Source of the DNA: Chthoniobacteraceae bacterium
GTDB lineage: Bacteria > Verrucomicrobiota > Verrucomicrobiia > Chthoniobacterales > Chthoniobacteraceae
DNA length: 64,000 nt
Assembly: GCA_031409655.1 (NCBI GenBank)
Contig: JANNXQ010000194.1
Coordinates: 1-64,000 of the forward strand
Direction of reading: 5' to 3'
How positions within the stretch are numbered: the stretch's first letter is position 1; each line of letters starts with the position of its first letter. Shown here piece after piece: positions 10,031 through 19,869 of this stretch. The translations under genes were made by a program, and so were the position numbers. Below the pieces are notes generated by a model. It had not been told where the DNA came from. It saw only the letters and a list, made by a program, of their open reading frames with translations, and did not search any database.

Positions 10031-12057
10031 GGAACGTAGAGGTGGCGGTAGATATGAATTTCGCCGCCGACGCGGCGCGCGACGATCGTGGCGGAGAAGT
10101 CTTTTTCGTCGCTGCCAGTGAGACCGAGATCTTCCAACGAACTGCCGCCGTTCGGCGAGAAACGCGCAAACACAGAGAGCCAGCCGAAACCTTTTGGCTG
10201 AGACAGAGCCACCAAGAGATCAGGCGGCACGACGCCACTGCGGATCACCCGAAGGCCACCGCGATCGATTCCAAAGACATCGGCGGAAGCATCCGGGCCG
10301 AGGCTTTCACTCAATTCCGCCTCGCTGATTTTCGCCGGATGCAGTGTTGCCCACGGCAAACCCGAAGGGTCGTCCTTGCCTTCGAGCGAGGTCAGCCGGT
10401 TCATTTGCGGAGTCCACTGCGCGAGGGATTGGCGAAGCGTGTAGTTCACGGGGAACGCGCCATCGTAGCGGTGCGCCGCCGGGCGGGACTGATTGAAACC
10501 CATGGTATCCACTGGGGCGCACAGCGCGTGGCGGACTTCGGTCGTCACGTCCTGCGCGTGGCCGGGAAAAATCAGTTCGAGGCGCGTCTCGCGCAGCACG
10601 CGTCCATCGTGGCCGAGATCGGTGATCGTCATGCTCGAGCGATGATTCACCTTTCCCATAAAGCGCCCGGCGAGGAATACGGTGAGGCCCGTGAACGCGA
10701 GCGCGGCGAGGGGAAAGGTGAGCCACGTCAGCCGCCGTGCGCGGAAGCGCCCGAGCACCCACCAGTCGAGCGGCCCGATGACGGCGACGAATGCGCCGAG
10801 CAGCAGCAGCATCGCGGAGAGTGGCAGGATGCGGACGTTTTTTGGGGCAAGCAAATTGGCGAGCATTTGACGCTGGTTCTGACGTTCCCGGCGGTTTTCC
10901 TGTTGGGTCACGGCGTGCCATTTTCCCGTTCCGATAACCTCGCTAACTTGCCCGGGGTGGAATTTCCAAAGGAACGTGACCGCGCGCAGCCATCGCTCCG
11001 CTTTGGCCTCGTCCTCAGTCTGCGGTGCGGTGGTCGTGACCAGGAGCCGCCCGAGGCCCGGCTTGGCGAAAAGCACACTGCTCTCCTCCGCCAAAATCGG
11101 TCGGCCTTCCGGGTCGAAATCGAGACGCGGTGCGCGCGGGTCGGCGGCGCACAAGTCGGCGAGGAAACGCTGATGCGTGACCGGCAGCGGAGTGTCCGTG
11201 ATCACGCACAAGCTGCCGCCGGCAGTCACCCAGCGGGCGAGCGCGGCAAGCGATTTTTCGCGCGTCTCGGCAAAGCCCTGGCCGTGCAGCAAAACGATGT
11301 CGTAAGGCGTGTAGCCGAGCGCGGCGACGGGCATTTCCTGCGGGTCGAGATGGACGGGCAGCGTGGTGGCTTTTGGCAGGTTGTAGTCGCTCTCCGCGGG
11401 TTGGAATTGCTCCAGCCGCAAACTTTGCCAGACGACCAGCGGCGCGGCGTTTGCCCCGATGCCCGGACGCGGCACGCAGATCGTGAAGCTGCGCTGCGGG
11501 TCGCGGACCGTGCCGAGATCGAAGCGCCCGAGATCGAGCACACCGGATTTCGTGATGAAACGCGCGAGTAATTCCCTCCTTCCAAAGCCGCTCGTGCCCG
11601 ACGGCGGGAGCAGCAGCCGGAATTCTTTGGCTCCGCTGGTCAGCGCGAGTTCGGGGCTGCGAAACTGCGGTGCGCCGTCATCGCCATCCGCCGAGACGAT
11701 TTCCAATGCACCTTCCAGCACGCCGGCACCGGACCACCTGAGCTTCACATCGAGAACTTCCGGTGCGGATGTGCGGGGTTGCAAAGCGAGCGGTTTGATC
11801 TCGGCGGTGAGTGGCCCGGCGGCGTGGGCGTGGAGAGAAATCAGGAGGATGAGCGCAAATAGAAGGGGCGTTCCGAAAACTCCGGGGAGCGCGCTCGTCC
11901 CGAGTGCTGGAGAAGGCGTCCCGCCTTCCCGGACTTTCCTTGCGCATGGCTCTTGGAAAGCGCCGCGGTTTTCGGGAAATCCACGCCGCAAAAAGTTCGT
12001 TTCGGCGGGACGCCGAAACCAGCACGCTAGACGCGCGCGCTCCCCGGATTCTGTCAT
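10027..12057 (-). CDS. Exported membrane protein of the MoxR/vWA operon
   Basis: Signal peptide ending AHA, two TM helices (VIGPLDWWVL..TWLTFP); ATG 12057 overlaps the upstream TGA (ATGA). Confidence 0.75.
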   Translation of the reverse strand: MTESGERARLACWFRRPAETNFLRRGFPENRGAFQEPCARKVREGGTPSPALGTSALPGVFGTPLLFALILLISLHAHAAGPLTAEIKPLALQPRTSAPEVLDVKLRWSGAGVLEGALEIVSADGDDGAPQFRSPELALTSGAKEFRLLLPPSGTSGFGRRELLARFITKSGVLDLGRFDLGTVRDPQRSFTICVPRPGIGANAAPLVVWQSLRLEQFQPAESDYNLPKATTLPVHLDPQEMPVAALGYTPYDIVLLHGQGFAETREKSLAALARWVTAGGSLCVITDTPLPVTHQRFLADLCAADPRAPRLDFDPEGRPILAEESSVLFAKPGLGRLLVTTTAPQTEDEAKAERWLRAVTFLWKFHPGQVSEVIGTGKWHAVTQQENRRERQNQRQMLANLLAPKNVRILPLSAMLLLLGAFVAVIGPLDWWVLGRFRARRLTWLTFPLAALAFTGLTVFLAGRFMGKVNHRSSMTITDLGHDGRVLRETRLELIFPGHAQDVTTEVRHALCAPVDTMGFNQSRPAAHRYDGAFPVNYTLRQSLAQWTPQMNRLTSLEGKDDPSGLPWATLHPAKISEAELSESLGPDASADVFGIDRGGLRVIRSGVVPPDLLVALSQPKGFGWLSVFARFSPNGGSSLEDLGLTGSDEKDFSATIVARRVGGEIHIYRHLYVP
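11881..12048. repeat. REP/MITE-like palindromic element, family A, in-frame intragenic copy (168 nt)
   Basis: Ends tccggggagcgcgc / gcgcgctccccgga; homologous to 710-875. Confidence 0.85.
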
Positions 12058-13925
12058 CGCGCCATCACCGCTCGACGATTGAAGAACCACCACTCCACGA
12101 GCAATACGCCAAATCCCGCCAGCGCGAGCGGCCACCAGAGCGGGCGGTCTGTGCTCACCGGCGCGCTCGCTGCGCTCACTTTCAGACGGTCGTTGAATTC
12201 GATTTGCTCCACGCTCGCGAGCGACGATTCGCTGATCGAAAGCACGCTCGCGCCGATGGACTGCGCCGCGTTTCCACCGTCGAGGATCTTGTATTCACCA
12301 GCCTTCGCCGCCGGGACGCCCGCGAGTTGTCCGCGCTCGTCTGTGTTCGCGGAGCGCGAAAAATCCGCCGGACCTTCGATGCGATAGCTGCGACTCGGCG
12401 CGAGCGTGAGCGCGGGGAGCACGCCGGTCGGCGCGGCTTCCACTTCGCCGAGCCGCGCGTGTCGCAGCGTGGCGTTCACGAGATTCGAGATGAAAATCGG
12501 AAACGCGACGCGATACGGCAGCGTCGAGCGGTCGGTGTGGAAAAGCAGATGCACGCGCTGCGTTTCCGAATCGCCGCGCGCGACGATCAGCGGGCCGTGC
12601 GGGCCGTGCGCGAGGATTTCGTAGCCGAGATTCGCGAGGGTGCTTTCGGTCACATCGGCGGACTGATGCGGATCATCCATTAAAACCACGTCGCTCATCG
12701 TGACGTGCTGGAGCAGCGGCGAGTCGCGCCGCCAGTCGATGACGTTTGCATTCCCGCTTTCGATGGTGACGAGCTTTTGCAAATCCGCCGGGACGAATCC
12801 GACCGAACACAGCACACGCGCGGGTAGCGCGAGATCGGCCTCGGCATTGGCAAAAACGAGATCGAACGCCGCCGGGAGCGACGCGTTTTCCTTCGGAAAA
12901 ATGTCCACGCCGTCCATGCCGTCCAGCGCGTGGCGATACGACGCCAGCGCGGGCGGGACATAGATGGCGAGCGGGCGCACGGCGGGGAGCGCGAGCCATG
13001 CGCGATTGTCGGCAGCCAGCGAATCGAAGCCGCGCGAGGTGAAGCGGGCTTCGAGGAGTGCGGGGTTTTCGCCGCCGACTTTGAAGACGAGTCGCGGAGC
13101 CGCGCCGCCCACCAGCGTCACGTTTTCCGAGGCGATGGTCGCGCCGTCTTGAAGCAGCTCGACGGTGCCCGAAGTGGATTCCGCAGACGCGGAACCGCCG
13201 AGTTGCACGAAGACATCCCACTGGCCGGAGACGCCGCGCCGCGCGTTGCAGGCGGTGATGCCGAAGTTTGGCCCCGCCGGATTGAGCCGCTGAAAGTCGA
13301 TGCGGAAGGACAGCTCGAAGTTGGTCTGCGCGGGAAAATTTCCATCGGAGAAGAGCAGCACGCGATCAAACGCCGCGCCGCGCGCAAGCGCCTGCGCGGT
13401 GCGCAATGCCTCTTCGAGATCGCCCGCGACATCATCGACTGCGAGTGCGGTGAGCGCATCGCGCAGCTCGGCTTTGTTATTCGTGAAGCCGGTGAGCCGA
13501 CGCGCGTTTTTGCTGAATGCGATGAGGCAAAGCTGCTGATCGGACGGAAGATTTGCGATCAATTCGCGCACGCGCTTTTTCGTCTCGTCGAGCCGCGAAA
13601 CGCCGCCCGCTTTGTCCAGCCCGGCCATGCTCGCCGACACGTCGATCAAGACTGGCAGCCGCTCCGCGCGCGATGCGCCGCTGCGCAGTAGCGGCTGCAT
13701 CGCCGCGAGCACGAGCAGCGCGAGGAGCAGGATTTGCAGGAGGAGCAGCAGGTTGCGTTTGAACTTTTGAAACGGGGAATTGACGCGCTGATCAGCGATG
13801 ACCTGCCGCCAGAGCACGAGCGAGGAAACATCGTGGCGCGGGCGCTTGAGCTTTAGGAAATAGAAGGCGACCAGCGGGAGGAGGAGCGCGGCTAGCCAGG
13901 CGGATGAAAGAGCGAGGAAGCTCAT
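12054..13925 (-). CDS. BatA-N / vWA domain membrane protein
   Basis: LYFLK-like FYFLKLKR..VSSLVLW BatA N-terminus, DVSASM MIDAS, LFSDG, C-terminal TM LLVEWW. Confidence 0.88.
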   Translation of the reverse strand: MSFLALSSAWLAALLLPLVAFYFLKLKRPRHDVSSLVLWRQVIADQRVNSPFQKFKRNLLLLLQILLLALLVLAAMQPLLRSGASRAERLPVLIDVSASMAGLDKAGGVSRLDETKKRVRELIANLPSDQQLCLIAFSKNARRLTGFTNNKAELRDALTALAVDDVAGDLEEALRTAQALARGAAFDRVLLFSDGNFPAQTNFELSFRIDFQRLNPAGPNFGITACNARRGVSGQWDVFVQLGGSASAESTSGTVELLQDGATIASENVTLVGGAAPRLVFKVGGENPALLEARFTSRGFDSLAADNRAWLALPAVRPLAIYVPPALASYRHALDGMDGVDIFPKENASLPAAFDLVFANAEADLALPARVLCSVGFVPADLQKLVTIESGNANVIDWRRDSPLLQHVTMSDVVLMDDPHQSADVTESTLANLGYEILAHGPHGPLIVARGDSETQRVHLLFHTDRSTLPYRVAFPIFISNLVNATLRHARLGEVEAAPTGVLPALTLAPSRSYRIEGPADFSRSANTDERGQLAGVPAAKAGEYKILDGGNAAQSIGASVLSISESSLASVEQIEFNDRLKVSAASAPVSTDRPLWWPLALAGFGVLLVEWWFFNRRAVMAR

Positions 13926-13933
13926 GGGGCGGA

Positions 13934-14017
<84 letters not shown>

Positions 14018-14028
14018 ATCTCCCCTCT

Positions 14029-14925
14029 TCACACGATCCATCCTTTCCGCCGCAGCAAATCAAAGAATACGCGCTCGAACGTCTCTCCGGCGCTCACCGA
14101 AAGAAACCGCCCCGAGCGTTGCCGCGCCAGCGTCTCGATCCGCTGCTGATGCGCCGCGCGGTATTCCTGATAAATCGCGAGCAGATCGCCCGCCGAGGTG
14201 ACATCGAGATGCGCCGCCGTTTCCGAATCAAAAAAGCGCAGGTCGCCCGCGAGTTCGGGATCGATTTCGCCCGGCCCGAGAATCTGCAACGCGAACACTT
14301 CCAGCCCCGATCCGTGGAGCAGGCTGAACGCGCGTTTCAAATCGCCGCCGGTCAGAAAATCCGAAATCACCACAACTACACCGCGCCCCGAATGCTGCCG
14401 CAGAAAGCTCTCGATCCCGTGCTCGATCGGCGCGTCGCCGCCGCCCGCGATGCCTTCGATGAAGGCAAACGTCTTCGCCTCACTCGCCCGTCCGGTGCAG
14501 GGCGCGAGCCGCGGCGGAGCGCCCGTGGAGCGCAGCGCATACACGCTCACCTTCTCCTGATTCCGCAGCCCGAGGACCGCAAACCCCGTTGCGAGTTGCC
14601 GCGCGAGCGTGAACTTTTCCTCAAACAGCATCGAGTTTGACGCATCGACGAGGACCGCGACATGCATCTCCTCCTCATGATGAAACTGCTTCACGTATGG
14701 CCGGTTCAGCCGTGAGAAAATATTCCAGTCCACGAAGCGCATGTCGTCGCCCGGCGCATAATCGCGGTAGTCGCAAAACTCCGTGCTAGTGCCACCCTTT
14801 GCCGCGAGATGTTCGCCGCGCGAGCGATTGGTCAAACGCCGCGCAGCATTGATCCGCAACCGCGCTAGTCGATCGAGGTCGCGATTCGTGAGCAGCGAAG
14901 TCAGATGAGCGCGGCCTTCGGACAT
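14029..14925 (-). CDS. DUF58 family protein
   Basis: GTSTEFCDYRDYAPGDDMRFVDWN, DASNSM, VVISDFL. Confidence 0.92.
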   Translation of the reverse strand: MSEGRAHLTSLLTNRDLDRLARLRINAARRLTNRSRGEHLAAKGGTSTEFCDYRDYAPGDDMRFVDWNIFSRLNRPYVKQFHHEEEMHVAVLVDASNSMLFEEKFTLARQLATGFAVLGLRNQEKVSVYALRSTGAPPRLAPCTGRASEAKTFAFIEGIAGGGDAPIEHGIESFLRQHSGRGVVVVISDFLTGGDLKRAFSLLHGSGLEVFALQILGPGEIDPELAGDLRFFDSETAAHLDVTSAGDLLAIYQEYRAAHQQRIETLARQRSGRFLSVSAGETFERVFFDLLRRKGWIV

Positions 14926-14928
14926 GAG

Positions 14929-15930
14929 TTACAGCGCTTCCTCCGCGACGCCTTTCGCCACCTCATCCACCAGCCCCGGCACACTCAGATTTTCCGCGAG
15001 GCCGTCGTAGTTCAGCAGCACGCGGTGGCCGAGGACTTCGGGAGCGAAATGGCGAATGTCTTCAAACGCGACGTGGGCGCGGCCTTCGGCGAGGGCGCGG
15101 ACGCGGGCGGCGCGGATGAGTGCTTGCACCGCGCGTGGGCTCGCGCCCCATTTTACGAAGCGGCGCACGGTATCACCGGCAAACTCGCTCTGCGGATGCG
15201 TGGCGAGGACGAGGCGCACGGCGTAGTCGCGGAGCGGGTCTGCGACGACAACTTTTTCGAGCACCGTGCGCAGTGCCATGATGCGGTCGCCGTCCATGAT
15301 TTTCGCGACTTCGGTGTGATGCGTGAGCGTGGTGCGGCGGACGACTTCGTTGAGTTCGGCGCGATTCAAAAACGGGACGACGAGCTTGAACATGAAGCGG
15401 TCGAGTTGCGCTTCGGGGAGCGGGTAGGTGCCTTCCTGTTCGAGCGGGTTTTGCGTCGCGAGGACGAAAAACGGCTGCTTCAAATGATGCGTCGTCCCCG
15501 CCGCGGTGATCGACCCTTCCTGCATCGTCTCCAGCAGCGCGGACTGCGTTTTCGGCGTGGCGCGATTGATTTCATCCGCGAGCAAAAGCTGCGTGAAGAG
15601 CGGGCCGCGGCGGAACTCGAACTGGTAGTTTCCATCCGGCCCGGTGCTCATGATGTTCGTGCCGACGATGTCCGCCGGCATGAGATCGGGCGTGAATTGA
15701 ATGCGGCGAAAATCCAGATCGAGCGCCCGCGCCAGCGTCTTCACCAGCTCCGTTTTCCCGAGGCCCGGCACGCCTTCGAGCAGCACATTCCCACCCGCGA
15801 CGATCGCCGTCAGCACGCCCTCCACCACACGCTGCTGACCGACGATGATTTGCCCAACCGCTTCGCGCAGGCGCTGAAAGTCATCGCGAAAACGCTGCGC
15901 TTCGGCCTGGAGTTCGGTGGGGTCGCTCAT
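14929..15930 (-). CDS. moxR: MoxR family AAA+ ATPase
   Basis: EGVPGLGKT, RIQFTPDLMPADI, LADEINRATPKTQSALLE, ATQNPLEQEGTYPLPEAQLDRF. Confidence 0.95.
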   Translation of the reverse strand: MSDPTELQAEAQRFRDDFQRLREAVGQIIVGQQRVVEGVLTAIVAGGNVLLEGVPGLGKTELVKTLARALDLDFRRIQFTPDLMPADIVGTNIMSTGPDGNYQFEFRRGPLFTQLLLADEINRATPKTQSALLETMQEGSITAAGTTHHLKQPFFVLATQNPLEQEGTYPLPEAQLDRFMFKLVVPFLNRAELNEVVRRTTLTHHTEVAKIMDGDRIMALRTVLEKVVVADPLRDYAVRLVLATHPQSEFAGDTVRRFVKWGASPRAVQALIRAARVRALAEGRAHVAFEDIRHFAPEVLGHRVLLNYDGLAENLSVPGLVDEVAKGVAEEAL

Positions 15931-16030
15931 GCGTGGAACCTTGGGCGATCCAGAGGGCGCAGTCGATGATGAAGCGTGAGACGAACCGTGAAAACTAAGC
16001 GCAAAAAACACCTTGCGCGCCGATAATGTA

Positions 16031-16049
16031 TATGAGACTCACTCGCATT
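16031..16049. promoter_or_regulatory. Fur-box-like imperfect palindrome
   Basis: tatgagactcactcgcatt resembles AATGAnAATnATTnTCATT; preceded by gataatg; about 45 nt upstream of the beta-barrel gene. Confidence 0.5.
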
Positions 16050-16093
16050 AAAGGCATTTGCCGACCTCCTCTCACATCAAACACCCAACCAAC

Positions 16094-16855
16094 ATGTCCC
16101 GATTCACCTCCTGTCTCACTGCCACCGCCCTCGCCATTCTCGCCACACCTTCCTCGGAGGCAGGCCAGCGGCGCTACGTTTACAGCTACGAAACTCTCAC
16201 CGCACCCAAGGGCAGTTTGGAATTTGAGCAGTGGGTCACTTGGAAACACCGAGATGTCACGGGAGGCGACGATCGCGACCGCTGGGAATTCCGGCACGAG
16301 ATCGAGTTCGGCGTTACCGACAAGCTGCAACTCGCCATTTACGTCGCCGACTGGCAATACGACGAAGACGATTCGGAAGGCCACAAGGCGCGCTACAAGG
16401 GCACGGGTTTCGAGGCGATTTACAATCTCACGAATCCGAACACGGCATTTCTCGGAAGCGCGATTTACGGTGAAGTCGTGGTCGGCGAGGAATTGCTGAA
16501 ACTCGAAGGCAAGCTGCTGCTCGAAAAGCGGTTTGGGCCCTTGAGCGTCGTTTACAACGCGGTGATCGAAGCGGAATGGGAGGGCGAGGATTTGGACGAA
16601 AGGACGGGCGAATTCAAACAGACCGTCGGCGTGAGCTACGACATCTCGAAGAGTTTCTCCGCCGGCGTCGAGGCATTCCACGAGATCGAGATGCCGGACT
16701 GGTCCGAGGCGGAAAGCGGCCGCTTCTTCGTGGGCCCGAATGTGTCGGTGCGCAGTGGGCGTTTCTTCGGCACGCTGGCGTGGCTGTGGCAAACCACCCA
16801 CAGCGAAGGCGAGCCCGACTTCCAGACGCGCCTGATCTTCGGCGTGGATTTCTGA
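16094..16855 (+). CDS. Outer-membrane beta-barrel protein (DUF6662-like putative porin)
   Basis: Signal peptide, YSYETLTAPKGSLEFEQWVT, EIEFGVTDKLQ, amphipathic strands, terminal Phe. Confidence 0.7.
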   Translation: MSRFTSCLTATALAILATPSSEAGQRRYVYSYETLTAPKGSLEFEQWVTWKHRDVTGGDDRDRWEFRHEIEFGVTDKLQLAIYVADWQYDEDDSEGHKARYKGTGFEAIYNLTNPNTAFLGSAIYGEVVVGEELLKLEGKLLLEKRFGPLSVVYNAVIEAEWEGEDLDERTGEFKQTVGVSYDISKSFSAGVEAFHEIEMPDWSEAESGRFFVGPNVSVRSGRFFGTLAWLWQTTHSEGEPDFQTRLIFGVDF

Positions 16856-16866
16856 GCCGCACCGGC

Positions 16867-17184
16867 GTGAAGCCGTCGCCTTTCCATCTGCTCGTCGCCG
16901 CCGTGCTGGCGGGCTGCGCCATGCCGAATCTCGCCCCGCCGGTTTCGCCCGCGATGTCGGCCCGCGCCGGAAAGCCCGCGAGCACGCTGGAAGAAGGACG
17001 CCGACTCTACACGGGACGCTGCGCCACCTGCCACACGATTGATCCCGTGGAAAAATACAGCGCGTCCCGATGGCGCGAGATCATCGCCGACATGGCGGAC
17101 GAAGCGAATCTGACGCCCACGGAGCGAGAAGCCGTGCTCGCCTACCTACTCGCCGCGCGCGAAGCTCCTCCACTCGGATCGTAA
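16867..17184 (+). CDS. Small monoheme c-type cytochrome lipoprotein
   Basis: GTG start, lipobox LAGC, EGRRLYTGRCATCH, distal Met in IIADMA. Confidence 0.8.
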   Translation: MKPSPFHLLVAAVLAGCAMPNLAPPVSPAMSARAGKPASTLEEGRRLYTGRCATCHTIDPVEKYSASRWREIIADMADEANLTPTEREAVLAYLLAAREAPPLGS

Positions 17185-17350
17185 GCCCGCCTGTCTGGAA
17201 TGCGCGGCACAGTTGACGCGCCCGTGCGACGCAAGAAGACCGCTGAACAGAGCACATTTTTGCACCGCGTCTCATCACACCAAAGCGCAACCACGCCCGA
17301 GTTTTTCGCTCGCCGCGGGTGAAGTCCGCGAGCAAACTGCGTGCGATCTC

Positions 17351-19762
17351 ATGAGCGGTTCCCCAAAACGTTTCCGCATCGCATTTTCTTTCGCGGGGGA
17401 AAAGCGCGACTTTGTGAAAGAGGTCGCCGACTTGCTTGCCGCACGTTTCACCGAGGCGGCGATCCTCTACGACAAATATCACGAAGCCGAGTTCGCCCGG
17501 AACGACCTCGCGATCTATCTGCCAAATCTCTACAACCGTGACTCGGACCTCGTCGCCGTGATCGTCTGCCCGGCCTATGACGTGAAGGAATGGACCGGCT
17601 TGGAATGGCTCGCGATCCACAATCTCCTCCAGCAACGGTTCCGTGAAGAAGTGATGCTCTGCCGATTCGCCCGCGCGAACGTCGATGGCCTGTTCGGTGG
17701 TGCCGGATTCGTCGAACTCGACGACAAAACCCCCGCACAAGCCGCCACCCTCATCCTCGAACGTCTCGCCATCAACGAAGGCCAGCCCAAGGACCACTAT
17801 CTGCCCCTTCGACATTCGTCATCCGTCATTCTGCATTCCTCCACCCCCAACAACCTCCCCCGCCTCCAGCCCTTCTTCGGCCGCGCCGCCGAACTCGCCA
17901 CCATCCGCGAGGCCCTCGATCCCGACTCCCGCACCTGGGGCGCGCTCATCGATGGCCCGGGCGGCATGGGCAAGACCTCCCTCGCCGTCCGCGCCGCCTA
18001 CGACTGCCCGCCCGGCCTCTTCCAGCGCATCGTCTTCGTCTCCGTGAAGGACCGCGAGATGGACGACGACGGCGAGCGCCCGCTCGGCAACCTCCTCGTG
18101 CCGGGCTTTCTGGAGATGCTCAACGAACTCGCCCGCGAGCTGGGCCAGCCCGACATCGCCAAGTCCCCCGAGGACCAGCGCATCCGGCTCCTGCTCGACG
18201 CGCTCCGCCCCGCGCAGGCGCTGCTCATCCTCGATAATCTCGAATCCCTCCCCAAGACCGACCGCGACCAGCTTTTTACCTTCCTCAAACGCCTGCCGCC
18301 GGGCTGCAAGGCCATCCTCACCAGCCGCCGCCGCATCGGCTCCGGCTCCGAGGAACTCATCCTCGAAAAGCTCGACCAGGACGCCGCGCTCGCCACCCTC
18401 GCCGACCTCGCCCGGCGCCATCCGCTGCTCGCCCGGACCAGCGAAGCCGAGCGCATCGCCCTCTACACCCAGACCGCCGGCAAGCCGCTGCTCCTGCGCT
18501 GGGTGGCCGGCCAGCTCGGCCGCGGGAGCTGCCGCACCTTCGCCGACGCGCTCGCCTTCCTGCGAACCTGCCCGCCGGACAATGACCCGCTGGAATTCAT
18601 CTTTGGCGACCTCGCGAAGGAATTCACCGCCGACGAGGAGAAAGTGCTCTGCGCCCTGAGCTATCTCAGCCTTCCGACGAAAGTGGAGCACGTCGCAGAG
18701 ATCGCGAGCGTCGAGGAAGCACCCACCGAGATCGCCCTGCGCGCTCTCGCGAACCGGTCCCTCGTCGTTCCCGATCAGGAGGGGAAACAATACTCCCTCG
18801 TGCCCATGTTCGCCGAATTCCTACGCAGGCACCGGCCGGAAGTTATCGCGGACACGGGCAGATGGCTGGAGCAGCGGGCCTATGCGCTCATCGTGGAGAA
18901 TGGTTACCCACATGCCGACTGCTCCCCGGTGCTCGATGCTGCCTGGCCCACGGTGGCGCCGGCATTGCCACTCTTCGTCGCCGGTCCGAATACCCCCCTT
19001 CAGACTGTGTGTATCGCGCTCCAGCATTTCTTAAACTTTACTGGGCGCTGGGATGAATGGCTTTCCCTGAATCGACAGGGAGAAACCAAGGCGGTTGCAG
19101 CGAATGAGCAATACGATGCCGGTTGGAGGGCTTATCAGTCGGGAATGATTCACCATCTGCGCAGACACGCAGACGGGGTATTGGCCTGCGCCGAACGTGC
19201 CATGGTCTATTGGCGAGAGGCAAAAGCCGGTGCTCGGGAACGTGCGTTCGCTCTCCAACTGCGTGGCCTCGGTTACGGATTGAAGAAGGACTACTCAGCC
19301 GCGGCTCGAGCACATCGTGAGGCGCTCGATCTTCATCTCACGGTCTCCGCCACGAGTCGGGAAGTGGCTACTGCGCTTAGCGATCTTTCGGATGTTCAAA
19401 GTTGGGCGGGAGATTTCGATGCTGCGGAGCAGGGTTTTCGCGAGGCGCTGCGAGTTGCGCGCATCATTGGTGATGTCGAGTTGATCGCTGGAATTTGCGG
19501 CAACTTGGCGGGGCTACTTTTGGACCGGATGGATTGGCTCGCGGGCGAAAATCTGAGCCGCGAGGCTTTGGCTCTGGCTGAGGGCGTAGGTCGTGACGAG
19601 CTGATAGCAGCCGACTGCCGGCGCGTCGCGTGGGCCTTGGTGCGGCAGGGGAATGCCACCGAAGCATTGCCTTACGCGCGGCGCGCGGTGGACATCTTTA
19701 CCCGCATTCGCTCGGCCGACCTCGAAGCCGCCCGCGCGACGCTACGAGAGTGTGAGGGCTGA
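17351..19762 (+). CDS. TIR - STAND/NB-ARC NTPase - TPR protein (bacterial NLR-like)
   Basis: N-terminal TIR (FRIAFSFAGEKRDFV..KEWTGLEW), FFGRAAEL, Walker A GPGGMGKT, Walker B LLILDNLE, ILTSR, GKPLLL, C-terminal TPR-like repeats. Confidence 0.85.
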   Translation: MSGSPKRFRIAFSFAGEKRDFVKEVADLLAARFTEAAILYDKYHEAEFARNDLAIYLPNLYNRDSDLVAVIVCPAYDVKEWTGLEWLAIHNLLQQRFREEVMLCRFARANVDGLFGGAGFVELDDKTPAQAATLILERLAINEGQPKDHYLPLRHSSSVILHSSTPNNLPRLQPFFGRAAELATIREALDPDSRTWGALIDGPGGMGKTSLAVRAAYDCPPGLFQRIVFVSVKDREMDDDGERPLGNLLVPGFLEMLNELARELGQPDIAKSPEDQRIRLLLDALRPAQALLILDNLESLPKTDRDQLFTFLKRLPPGCKAILTSRRRIGSGSEELILEKLDQDAALATLADLARRHPLLARTSEAERIALYTQTAGKPLLLRWVAGQLGRGSCRTFADALAFLRTCPPDNDPLEFIFGDLAKEFTADEEKVLCALSYLSLPTKVEHVAEIASVEEAPTEIALRALANRSLVVPDQEGKQYSLVPMFAEFLRRHRPEVIADTGRWLEQRAYALIVENGYPHADCSPVLDAAWPTVAPALPLFVAGPNTPLQTVCIALQHFLNFTGRWDEWLSLNRQGETKAVAANEQYDAGWRAYQSGMIHHLRRHADGVLACAERAMVYWREAKAGARERAFALQLRGLGYGLKKDYSAAARAHREALDLHLTVSATSREVATALSDLSDVQSWAGDFDAAEQGFREALRVARIIGDVELIAGICGNLAGLLLDRMDWLAGENLSREALALAEGVGRDELIAADCRRVAWALVRQGNATEALPYARRAVDIFTRIRSADLEAARATLRECEG

Positions 19763-19869
19763 TTTGTTGTGCTATGTGAGACGCTGTTTCAACTATACGC
19801 CCCCTCGCGCAATCGACATGGAAAGGGGGGCGTTGACGCCGAGGGAGATCCCGATGGACTAAGCGGACA

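Noticed and set aside
10000..11571. 523-aa plus-strand ORF, and similar long shadows at 30232-32754, 51203-52663 and 61838-63847
   Set aside because: Each lies opposite a well-supported CDS; expected from high GC3 codon bias
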